Shown here: positions 47,048 to 57,500 of the stretch, one piece after another
Numbering within the stretch: position 1 is the stretch's first letter
Layout of the letters: the number at the start of each line of letters is the position of its first letter
DNA from: a virus
Taxonomy: Duplodnaviria > Caudoviricetes
Length of the DNA: 62,008 nt
Reading direction: 5' to 3' (one strand)
IMG/VR virus record: IMGVR_UViG_3300043419_000785
Location: 1-62,008 of that record
The notes under the pieces: model-generated
What the model saw: only the letters and a program-made list of their open reading frames with translations
What the model was told of the DNA's origin: nothing
Databases searched by the model: none
Program-made: the position numbers and the translations under genes

Positions 47048-47622
47048 TGGCAACTGTAGTTGAAGACGATTGGATTATCGACACCGAAACAGGTGAGGTA
47101 ATCGGTATTGAGGGATGGCAAATCGAAGGCGCTGTGGAGTCCGAAAAGGAACTCTGGACTCTACAAAAGCGGATGCTTGAGACAGACGCTAAGATTTCCG
47201 CCGAACGCATGATGATGAAGTCCATCATCGCCAACTGCGAACAGCGCATCAAACGCCTTGAGTCACGCCAGAAGTGGCTCGATCTCCGCTACGGCGTCAG
47301 TGCAGCTGCAACAGCGAAGTCATTGTTGCTTAAGGGTAGCAAGACTTACACGTCTCCGTACGGAAAGATTGCATTCCGCACGACAAAGGACAAGATTGTC
47401 ATTGATGACCAAGAGGCGTTCTCCAAGTGGGCATCACAGCATTGCCCTGAAGCACTCAAGCAATCTGTTTTGGTCAGCAAGTTGCCAAAGGAGCAGGTTG
47501 ACCGATGGTTGAACATCGAAGAGTTCATGCCAAAGGGAATACACATTGAACCCGGTGGCGAGTCTGTAACATTTGTTGGCATCACAAAGGATGAACCAAA
47601 TGAGCGACCTGAACAAGATTAG
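47047..47622 (+). CDS. Gam / siphovirus Gp157-like DNA end-binding protein
   Basis: Coiled coil then KTY..PYGKIAFR; adjacent to the annealing protein. Confidence 0.65.
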   Translation: MATVVEDDWIIDTETGEVIGIEGWQIEGAVESEKELWTLQKRMLETDAKISAERMMMKSIIANCEQRIKRLESRQKWLDLRYGVSAAATAKSLLLKGSKTYTSPYGKIAFRTTKDKIVIDDQEAFSKWASQHCPEALKQSVLVSKLPKEQVDRWLNIEEFMPKGIHIEPGGESVTFVGITKDEPNERPEQD

Positions 47623-48163
47623 GGATTTCCCCGAAGGCGTTCACGGTACACCTACAGGCTTAGCGTTTACAGGAGATCTCCCATTTGACCAATGGGAGAT
47701 ACTCATGAACCGTCTATACACCATGAACGGAGCGATACAGTGGATGCTCGGCGATGCATTGAACTACGGTAGCCCACGCTACGGTGAGAAGTATAGCCAG
47801 GCATTGGAAAGCACCAAGCTAACTTACAGTGCACTCGCCAACTTCTCGTGGGTTGCACGTGCTGTACCACCAGAGAACAGGAATCCAAACCTGTCATGGA
47901 CACATCATCGGGCTGTAAGCAAACTTGACCATGAAGATCAACGACGACTGCTTGATGAAGCAGAAAGAAAGGAGTGGACAGCAGACACATTGACAGAGAT
48001 TGTGAGAGGCACACCAGTGACAGAGAAGAGCATCTCGGACAGCGTACCTATCCCCGTAGGGCTTAGTGCGACTGTAGCCAACGAGATTCTTGACACAGCT
48101 GCATGCTTACTCACGAACGATGTGAAACTGTGTGCCTACTGTCCGTATCACAGGAACAAATGA
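47600..48163 (+). CDS. LmbU-like DNA-binding protein
   Basis: F..W...QWMLGD.LNYG...YGEKY...LSWTHH. Confidence 0.6.
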   Translation: MSDLNKIRDFPEGVHGTPTGLAFTGDLPFDQWEILMNRLYTMNGAIQWMLGDALNYGSPRYGEKYSQALESTKLTYSALANFSWVARAVPPENRNPNLSWTHHRAVSKLDHEDQRRLLDEAERKEWTADTLTEIVRGTPVTEKSISDSVPIPVGLSATVANEILDTAACLLTNDVKLCAYCPYHRNK

Positions 48164-48984
48164 TTGGATTATTTCAGGGCAGTCTAATCAACAAGAAGCG
48201 ATTGAACAAGGGGTTTGTGGTGCTACACCATGAACTCCTTACTTGTCTCAAAGACTTTACTGCAAGCGAATGGATGGTTTTAACATGCCTGTCACTTCAC
48301 GCTGACGAGACAGGCTTCAGTTGCCCTTCAATTGCCCGCATAGCCGAGGAAACTGGCATCAGTAGCAGATTAGTCAGCCAGTGCATTAAAAGTCTCTCTA
48401 CAGCCGCCACACGGGCTTACATCGTGCTTCGTGTTGAACAGAGACACGCCATTTCGGGACGGCAGACCAGCAATGGATACGTCATATTGCCCGATGGTTT
48501 TAGTACACCAACAGAGGGGGAGGGTGCAGAAATCGACAGGGGGGAGGGTGCAGAAATCGACACCCCCATTACATTGAAGAATATACATAAAGAAGAATAT
48601 ATACCCCCTATAGCCCCCCAGAGGGGGGCACGCAAACGAACCATCAAGTTACCTAGCCTTGATGACCCAGCGAGGGGATTGTTCATTGCTTACCGTGAGG
48701 TATTCATGGATGCAGCCAAAGCAGAACTGTTCACCCTGGGTGAATGGCAGGGAGTACACATTGCTTTGCGACAGATGGTGCACCACGGTGTGTCCGAAAC
48801 GGAAGTTGCGGCTAGGGCACGATGCTTGATTGGCAAATGGCAAAAGCCACACATGGTTACTTTGCACGCCTTGTGGAAACATTGGGGCACAGCCGACCCA
48901 AGTAGTGCATCGTTTGGCACAACTTCTTTGAATCAGGCAGACAGAGTGTTTAGCACTCTGGACAAATTGTTTGGCGAAGGATAA
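48160..48984 (+). CDS. Replication initiator (lambda O-like, N-terminal HTH)
   Basis: PSIARIAEETGIS...N.Y HTH; central iterons; PPIAP linker; upstream of loader and DnaB. Confidence 0.8.
   Translation: MIGLFQGSLINKKRLNKGFVVLHHELLTCLKDFTASEWMVLTCLSLHADETGFSCPSIARIAEETGISSRLVSQCIKSLSTAATRAYIVLRVEQRHAISGRQTSNGYVILPDGFSTPTEGEGAEIDRGEGAEIDTPITLKNIHKEEYIPPIAPQRGARKRTIKLPSLDDPARGLFIAYREVFMDAAKAELFTLGEWQGVHIALRQMVHHGVSETEVAARARCLIGKWQKPHMVTLHALWKHWGTADPSSASFGTTSLNQADRVFSTLDKLFGEG
48517..48562 (+). repeat. Iterons in the initiator gene (probable origin)
   Basis: GGGGAGGGTGCAGAAATCGACA twice with a 24-nt period, followed by an A/T-rich tract. Confidence 0.75.
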
Positions 48985-49003
48985 AAAGGACTGGAGGTTT
49001 GAA

Positions 49004-49540
49004 ATGAATAGACAGGTGTTTGCTGGTGTGTGCAGTGTGTTGAGTACGCTGCCATCTAACGTGCCTTGGACAGATGACGTAGCGACAACGTACGCCATTG
49101 CCATGAAGGGCTGGGATGATGCTGTTGTAGGGCTGGTTGCACGGCATGTGTTGTTCAACTGTGAATGGCGCCCTACCGTTGCTCAACTGCGTACGATTGC
49201 CATTCAGTTGGTCGCTCCGAACATTAATGCTCACACAATCCACAACATAGTGAGTCGGATTATTCTGCACGCATACACTAGTGAAGAGCGTGACAAAGAA
49301 CTGGATGAGGAGATGGAAGCAGGGACGTTGCCTCCATATACGAGGCAGATCATTGACCGTGCTGGTGGCTGGAAGTTTCTAGGCTCTCGTTCAACTGAGT
49401 ACAATCTTCAGTTCATTCAGGACTTCATTAAGGATAACTGGTCGTCATATCAGTTAGACTCGTTGATTACTGCTCCTCCACAAAGCCCTGAACTTTTGGA
49501 GGAAGGGACGACCATGGTCAAGGCGTTGCTAGAAAAATGA
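49004..49540 (+). CDS. Helicase loader/inhibitor (G39P-like)
   Basis: W.PTVAQLR motif and GGW; between initiator and DnaB. Confidence 0.65.
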   Translation: MNRQVFAGVCSVLSTLPSNVPWTDDVATTYAIAMKGWDDAVVGLVARHVLFNCEWRPTVAQLRTIAIQLVAPNINAHTIHNIVSRIILHAYTSEERDKELDEEMEAGTLPPYTRQIIDRAGGWKFLGSRSTEYNLQFIQDFIKDNWSSYQLDSLITAPPQSPELLEEGTTMVKALLEK

Positions 49541-50859
49541 ACGTCGTAGACATCAAAGCTCCTAGTGACATAGAAGCAGAGATGGCTGTACTGGGTGCCA
49601 TCATGTTGGACAATCGCAAGTTGTCTGACGTGATGAGCATCCTTTCTGCTACTGACTTCTATCGTCTTGCTCACAGTGTCATCTTCTCTTCCATGAAGTT
49701 GTTGTATGACTACGGTGACCCTATCGACATTGTTTCCCTGAACGCTATGCTGTCCGAGGATGACGACATCAGCAAGGTTGGTGGGATTGCATACCTCATG
49801 CAGATTGGTGACTTTGTCCCAACCACTGCAAACATCATGTACTACGCTGAGCGCGTTAAGACTGTGGCTAATCAACGCCACATGATGGAAGCATACATCC
49901 GTGCGGCTCAACTTGCTGAGGATGGTGAGGTTGACCAAGCCAAGTTAACCGCTACCGATATGCATGGTTCACTCGGGGCAACTAGTGTAAAGGTGCGACA
50001 CGTTGCTGATGTATTAGAGTCAAACGTGAACAACATGGAGTCTCGGACAGACACTGAGACCCAAGTTATCACAACCGGCTTTGATGCTATCGACTTCCTG
50101 ATTGGTGGTTGGAAACAACGTGAACTGGTTATCCTGGGTGCTCGTCCTTCTATGGGTAAGTCTGCTCTGGCTATGCAGTTTGCAGTCAATGCAGCACGGC
50201 GTAACTGCTCGACGCTTTTCATGAGCATTGAGATGGGACTCGATGACTTAGTCCAGCGCCTTCTGGCTATGGAGACAGGCATCAACAGTCGCCGGTTGCA
50301 AACGACTGTGCTGTATCCTTCAGAACTAGCGAGCACACGTGGCGTGGTGAAGTCATACAAGGAGTTCCCTTTGTACTTGTCAGATGACAGCCCGTGTACG
50401 CTACAGATACTGCAAAACCGTGCCATGCAGGTCAAGGCAAAGTGTGGCACTCTCGATCTCATTATCGTCGACTATCTACAGATGATAACGACGAAGGGTG
50501 GAGACAATCGAAGTAACGAACTAGATGCTGTAAGCCGTGGACTGAAGGCTCTTGCTAAAGAGTTGAACACTACAGTTATAGCGTTGGCAAGTTTGAATCG
50601 TGGTGTTGAGAAGCGTGACGACAAGCGACCAATCATGTCAGACCTACGTGAGGCTGGTGGCATTGAGTTTGATGCGGACAAGATATGCTTCCTATATCGT
50701 CCGATGTATTACTCAACACCTGACGAGAGGCATGACTTGGAAACGGAAGATGCTGAGTTTATAGTGACCAAGAACAGGAACGGTCAAGTTGGGTCAGTTA
50801 AACTTACGTTCCTTCCAACAGTGCCAAAGTTTATGAACTGGGATGGTGACATGCTGTGA
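49537..50859 (+). CDS. dnaB: Replicative DNA helicase
   Basis: GARPSMGKS, IIVDYLQ, LKALAKEL, RP.MSDLRE.G.IE.DAD, KNRNG. Confidence 0.96.
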   Translation: MNVVDIKAPSDIEAEMAVLGAIMLDNRKLSDVMSILSATDFYRLAHSVIFSSMKLLYDYGDPIDIVSLNAMLSEDDDISKVGGIAYLMQIGDFVPTTANIMYYAERVKTVANQRHMMEAYIRAAQLAEDGEVDQAKLTATDMHGSLGATSVKVRHVADVLESNVNNMESRTDTETQVITTGFDAIDFLIGGWKQRELVILGARPSMGKSALAMQFAVNAARRNCSTLFMSIEMGLDDLVQRLLAMETGINSRRLQTTVLYPSELASTRGVVKSYKEFPLYLSDDSPCTLQILQNRAMQVKAKCGTLDLIIVDYLQMITTKGGDNRSNELDAVSRGLKALAKELNTTVIALASLNRGVEKRDDKRPIMSDLREAGGIEFDADKICFLYRPMYYSTPDERHDLETEDAEFIVTKNRNGQVGSVKLTFLPTVPKFMNWDGDML

Positions 50860-51134
50860 TTAAGAAGGTCAGCCCTTGGCATAGATGGGTAGTCATAGTT
50901 ACCCTACTTGCCAAGGATTACGCCGAAGCACGGAAGTACCTAAAGGTAAGTGCTCATCAACACTCGGTCATGCTACGTGACGTCAAGGCTGTACTTGGCG
51001 TCACAACACTTAATCACGCAGCTCTCAAACTCAACCTACTTCGCATAAACTACGAAGAGTTGCCTACATGGGTCGGGCAATCTAAAGTCGAACTAGGCCC
51101 AGGCGTGACAGTTGATTTGGAAGGAGAAGAATAA
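50856..51134 (+). CDS. Hypothetical protein (92 aa)
   Basis: GTGA overlap with dnaB. Confidence 0.6.
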   Translation: MIKKVSPWHRWVVIVTLLAKDYAEARKYLKVSAHQHSVMLRDVKAVLGVTTLNHAALKLNLLRINYEELPTWVGQSKVELGPGVTVDLEGEE

Positions 51135-51403
51135 TGTTGACAGTCGTCTTATGCACAGCGTTAGCAACAAGCAGTGTTTGGTTTATCATCACTGCTATCT
51201 TGGTTAGCAAAGTAGCCGACCGCTACAAAGTCGTCGTAAAGAAACGTGCTGGTGAACTAGTGACGTTCAAGACAAGTAGTGGCATTCTTAAAAGTGCCAC
51301 GCTATCTGTGGACTGGATGCCTAATGACAAGTATGTCATTGTCGAAGGTCTTAAGGTTAACTATGTTCCCTACGTTGTACGTGCTGAAAATGTAGTCAAT
51401 TAG
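51134..51403 (+). CDS. Hypothetical membrane-anchored protein (89 aa)
   Basis: AGGAG Shine-Dalgarno; N-terminal hydrophobic helix. Confidence 0.6.
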   Translation: MLTVVLCTALATSSVWFIITAILVSKVADRYKVVVKKRAGELVTFKTSSGILKSATLSVDWMPNDKYVIVEGLKVNYVPYVVRAENVVN

Positions 51404-51430
51404 ACACGTAATTAGACACGTAATTAAACA

Positions 51431-51459
51431 AAAGACCACCCATTGTCAGGGTGGTCTTT
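51431..51459. terminator. Probable bidirectional terminator between convergent operons
   Basis: AAAGACCACCC-ATTGTCA-GGGTGGTCTTT. Confidence 0.7.
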
Positions 51460-51552
51460 CGCTTCCAAGCACCGGTTTGTTCTTTCTTTGTAGTCAGGTT
51501 GCCCTGCTATCTGCATTGTAAGTTGTCAAGTATTTCCTTACAACTCAGATTG

Positions 51553-54500
51553 CTAATACTTTCCGGTCATTGTCTTGTTCACGATACCGATTGCTGCATC
51601 CTTAGCATCTGGATATTTCTTGTTAGATTTAGCAATGACATCCATGATGGTAGGTGCGGTCTGCCAGTTCTTCTCATGCTGTCGGATGATTTTCTCACGC
51701 TTCATGAGCGACTTCGGAATGTATTTGTCGTATTGCAAGCGTGTACCAAGTGTACTTGCTATAGCTTGCGTAAGGATAGCTGCTTCACGAACACCTTTAT
51801 CTTCGTACTTGGACTCGAATGTTGTGTCGACAACTTCATTGAGTCCTGTCGGGAATGTTGACGTGATGTACTGCGACATATTCCACTTCTCAGGTGCAAA
51901 TGCAACTGCTGGCTTAATTTTTCTGTCATACAGATACCTCCATTCCTCGTCAGTTTCGTACACTGATCTACCGATGACATCCTTGCCAGACAGTGGTTCA
52001 AATATCATCTTGATAAGTGCAGGGCTGACGTTATAACCAAGCCTATTGCTTGCTCCAATCAGCCAGTCTAGTTCAGGCGTGTCACCAAACCGTTCTTCTG
52101 ACTTGATTGGTTTGTTCACAGCATCGTATACGGTACGCAGTTTATTGAGGTCGTCCCATACGCCGCTACTGTCAGCGTATACCCAGTCACCTATGCGGAA
52201 CTTACCAACCTTTGTTGGGTCAGCCTTGACGTCTTCTCGTTTGAACAGCAGTTGCCCCAAGTAATGGACAGCTGCTTGAGCTGCCGCAACCCAAATCATA
52301 GACCCGTATATAACGCTGTACTGATAGTTGCGTAAGTCTGGGTTAGTTTGATTTGACGCAACAGCATTGAATACACGGTTTTGCTCACCAAGCAACTTAC
52401 GTGTGATTCTCATGTTGCCAAACAAGTAGTTCCAGTGTGGTTTCATCAGCCAGTTTGCTAGTTGCCACCGAGGTGCAACAGACACCCACTTAGCTGCACG
52501 ACCCACAACCATGTCGATGTCTTCATTGGTTGAGTACTGGAAGTCACCCAAGCTAAGAGCCACGAAGTTAGCGACCTCTTTGGCTGACCGTTGATACTTC
52601 AAGTCTTTGAGAGGAACGTCTTTCAACAATGGGTTGTTTTTCAACTGCCACTTCACCAAGTTGAACATAAGTACATCGTGGTTCAAAGACGTAAACCGTT
52701 CAGCCATACCTGCAACAGGCAGCTTGTTAACCATTGCGTCTTTGACCATGTCTTGCTGTACGTGCCCGACTTCACTGATTTGCATGAGGTCAACGTAAAT
52801 GTCTTGCCAGTTCGTCTTCCCCTTACCTTCTTGGTACATACGTTGCCGTGCTTTACCTACAGCACGTTCATAGTTATAGAAGTTTAGTGGAACACCAAGT
52901 TCCTTCATGACCTCGTAGTATGGGTCATTACTAATCTCCAAGAACAGCTTGATGTATTCACGGCGCCCCATGTGTGCACCAATTTGCTTGCCCTTTTCAC
53001 CTGTGAATGCAAGTCTTGGGGCAAGCCCCTTAGCTGCACTCTTGAATGCGTTGAGCCAGATTACGGTGTCGTATGGACGGCCTGTGAATATACCCATGGC
53101 ATACTTGCCACCCTGGATAACTGGGTACGCTAAGTCCATTGCGAGGCTTAGACGTGTCAAGCCCTGCCATTCACGTTCAAGCCTGTCTAATCCCTCAAGT
53201 GCTTGCATACCCATAGTTTTATTGGCTTTGACTTGACCCGCTGTAATAGTTAGCGGCGGAGCAGCTTCTTTACCTTGATACATAATTGGCGACATGGCTG
53301 GCATGCTAGGTGCTTCGTCCAATGGCATGTCTGCTGTGTACTCATTGATGACCTTTGCTGTTGGCTTTACAGCGGAATCAGCTGCCGTACCAAGCATATT
53401 GGATGCAGTTCTGACGTTGGCGTCATTGAGTGTGTATGCAACTGCTGTTGTTTCGGGCGTTGTCGATGTTTGTACAACATTAGTGAACACGACACCGTCA
53501 TGCTTCCCGCTCATAGCCGCCTTGATTGCATCGTTACGCATTGGAACACTCAAACCAGTGTTGCCGGCGTCAATCACCAATGGGTTTTCCATCTTGATGA
53601 ACCGTGGTTGTTGCATACGGTTTTTCTTGACATGGCTACCAGTGACAAGATCGTGGACTTGTATGCCTGGAGTTGTGTCATATAGTGTTCCGTCAACCTC
53701 TGGGCTAAATGCCAACGTGGTAAATGCAGACCCTGTTACAATCTTCTGTTCAGCCTGTAATTGACTATCGTAAACCTTTGCCATCTTTGCAATGTCTGCT
53801 GACATAAAGCGTTCGATGTATCGATCTACCTCCATCATGATTGGAGCAACGTCCTCACCTTTTTGTGTCAACTTGTCGAATGATCGATCAAGTTGTGCAT
53901 CGTTTAAGTGGGAGCCTAGTGTTTCACCATAGAGTCTCTTTGCGTTCTGATATGTTTCCTCGGTTGGTTCCGTGCTGTGGAACTTCAACGTTTGTCGTAG
54001 CTTCATAGCATCGAATACACGCAACGCCTTGAACTGCTCTGCACTTACTTGTGGATTAATAGTCAACCCGTTGCCGGCAGACATGGACTCTAAGTTGTCA
54101 AGCATTGTTCCGGTAGCCCATGACTTAAATGAGGGGTGTTCCGTCAATGCGTAAATTTCAAGTGCCTTGTTACGTCCTAGTCCAGATTCAACAAGGTTTC
54201 GGTAGATGTGACTACGATTACCATCTTCACGGTACACGGAGTAGCCGAACTCATCACGACCAACCTCATTGTTGTGGTTCAGGACAACACGTTGGCGACG
54301 GTCAATGGAAGGTTGTAGCCACTTACTGATTACTGGATTAACAAATGCGCGCCGTACACCTGGGTCGATGGTTCCGTATTCCATGTCAACCTTGGCTGGT
54401 GACATTGCTGGTTGCGTGTACATCTCAGTGCTTGGGCCAAAGTCTTCAGGACGCCGCATATTGGCGATACCGTGCCAATACACCGCAGGTACTGCCTTAG

Positions 54501-57500
54501 TATTGGTGCGGATGCTTTCGATGAGCGTTTTGACAGCATCTGCATGCGTAGCCATAGAGCCACCAATCCATTGCTCACCTGGCCGTTTAGCTATAGTCAT
54601 CAATAAGTCCAACTGCTTAAGTTGTGCTATATCCAATGCCTTTAGTTGCTCTTGGAATCCTTCACCTAAACCGCTGGAAAGGCGTGACCATTCTTCCGTT
54701 TTAGTTTTAGAACCAATTGCCATAACTTCTTCATGGTTGATGGTTGAAACTTTGCCCGTCTTGTAGTTAATTGTGTACTTCTTAACTCCTTGTTCGTACA
54801 CATCAACCTCTGCACCGTTCTGACGATATTCGTATCCTACGTACGAAAAATCGTTCATGCTACGAACAAGTTCTAGTCTTGCACCAACAAGAACTCGAGC
54901 CTGTGCTTGGACATACTCTTTGACTTTGTTAGCGATAAGTGCTACGTGTTGTTGTTGAGCCGTACTCATAGTCCGTGTTGCAACCAAGGACGAATGACCT
55001 GTAATCAGGTCTTGTATCTTGACTCGTCCACGGCCAACGTTGACACCGAGTTCAGCCAAGTTACGGCTGATTTCCAATGACAACGGTCCATCCTTTATGC
55101 CCTCTTGCAGTGCTTTTAGGTTGTTGGTTGCAGTCATCTCCACATGCACAGCCATGCGGCGTGTTTCAGATTCAAGTTCTGACGTCTTACCCTTCATCGC
55201 AGGAATCTTGATGTTTCTAGCACCAGCCGGTTGAGATCCGGTAAGCAGAATGTCAGTGATGCTCTTGATGTTTAGTTTTTCTGGGTTGTTCAAGAAGTCC
55301 ATCATCAAACGCTTAGCATCTGTTTTTAATTCACCAACTTGTTTGAGTAGGTCACTTACAACAGAGTTTGCGTTACTTGTCAGCAGTTCTGTTTGGCTAA
55401 GCAATGTCCCACGAACTTGTTGCTGTTCTGCATCAAGAGCGTCGGATTTTACATCACGCATAATTCCCGTCAATACATAACTAGACTCAGGGTCATTGTT
55501 GTATCGTACTTCAGCCTGGGTAATCGAAGACGTTTTAATTGCTGCCTCGTATCCAGCAGTAGCAATCATCTGCTCAAGAGCTTCAAGGTTTTTCAACTGC
55601 TCTGTATATGCAAGAAGGCGCTCGTCTTCAGGTTTGCCTTCCATAGTTTTATCTATGTATTGGCGGAGTGCATCTGGTGTTGGGAACTCACCTGTGGCAA
55701 TCATAAAGTCACGTGGGATGTTGCCTTGGCGTGTCTGTGTTATGTGCCAGTAATCAGCAAAGAACGCAGTTCGGTCAGCATTACTCCACATCGAATCGCG
55801 CAATTCCATATTGAGTTCATGGAACGACATCTGTGACATTAATCTATTTGATGATTCCAGTCGAGATTTCAGTGGGTCGACAATGTACTTATCTCGTGCA
55901 CTAACGAGTTCTTTCCATACTGCATAGCGATTAGGTGCAGTGCCTTGCTTCTCAGTTAATGCCCACAGGTCTTTATTTGATAGATACGCCACTTCAATTC
56001 CGTCAGCGTTGAGCCGCGTAATCAACTGCTCAAAGTTGAAGTTACGAGCCTTCGTTGAATACCGGAACCAGTTGACATCATTGTTTGCCAGCCATGACTG
56101 TATCTTTTTTGGTACATCCGATGGGACTTGATCTTTGATGGTAATAGATCCAGTGTTCGTGTACCGGAGGTTTTCATTCCGCAATGGGAATCGCATCACC
56201 AGTGAGTCAAGTACGTCATTTGTATAACGTAACACAGTGGATTTGAACTGCTGTTCTGTAGCCCTAGACGTATCAAAGTCGGAGATTGCCCGACTAAACA
56301 GGTTGCGTACGTTTTCAGACAAAGCTCTACCAATTGGTAGTCCATCTACAGCATTGTTCTCTACAAACCATGATGTGAGAATGTATGCTTGTTTCTCCAT
56401 TGGCGTGAGATTGTTTGGCAGGAACGAATGATTGCTTTTAAACGTGACACGTCCTGTTGTGGCAGAGTAAAAGCTGGATGGTACCAAAATGCGTTGACCA
56501 CGCAATGCCAACCATGATTCAGATGTTGCTCCTTTGACATGCTCGTCAAGCACAATGAACGACACGTAGTCTCCGTGCTGTTTTAACTGTGCATTTACCT
56601 GCGTTGTATCAACAGGGATTGACTTCTTGTCCTTCGCCAAGAATCCAAACGCATCTTCCATACGTGCTATATCTCGCAGCACACGGTCCATGCCACGAGC
56701 AACAAGGTTGTAATGCCCATCTTGATTCAAGCGAGCGTTGTCCATATGACGTTGCATCTGACCGTTTTCAACATCAGCTTGCCGTTTCAATGCAGACTTT
56801 ATTGCGGATTGGACTTCGCCAGTTCCACGTTGCGTTGCGTTCATAACAGCCGTCGAGAATGACTCCTGAGCAGTCATGCCATTCTTTAGGACATGTTGCC
56901 GTTTCATCTCAAGCACCATGTCTTCAAGAGGAGTAACTGATTTAGCTAACTGCTCGTACAACATCGACATGTCTGTAGAAGCATTTGCTGGTTTACGGTA
57001 GTTATCAACAATCTTATTGATTAAGAACTCTGTAGTTCTGATTTCATTGTTCACAGACTTAAGCAACTGTTTGTTTGCTTGCAACTCACTTATGGGCTGG
57101 TCAAGATATCCCTCCGTTTTTTCAGTACCATTCCATAAGTCTCGGTTAGATGCGACTCGTTTTATAAATGACTCATACTCACCAGGCTCACTGATGATTG
57201 ACTGCACATTGGACTTCAATCGCTCTGTGGTGAATGCTAATCCAGTAACGAGATCCTCCAGTGACACACCACTATCTTTTAGTGTTTCATTGAGAGCTTC
57301 TCGCAATGTAGTTCCAGCTGCCCACTCTTTATCTAACGTGCCACGGACTACCAATGACTCGGAATATCCAGCAAACGTAGACGTCATAAACAATGTGCGT
57401 GCATTACGTGCGCCAGCGTTTCGCAGAAGATTAGCAATAAAGAATCTGCGCTTCTCGTTTTGAGTCATATCAACGCTTTGCTTGATACCTTGCATGTCAA

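Noticed and set aside
30068-50859. Host assignment from SSB/DnaB similarity
   Set aside because: Only an impression of Terrabacteria-like sequences; not supportable without phylogeny or spacer matches.
51398-51426. AATTAGACACGT tandem duplication as an att site
   Set aside because: Short local duplication around a stop codon, with no integrase in the genome.
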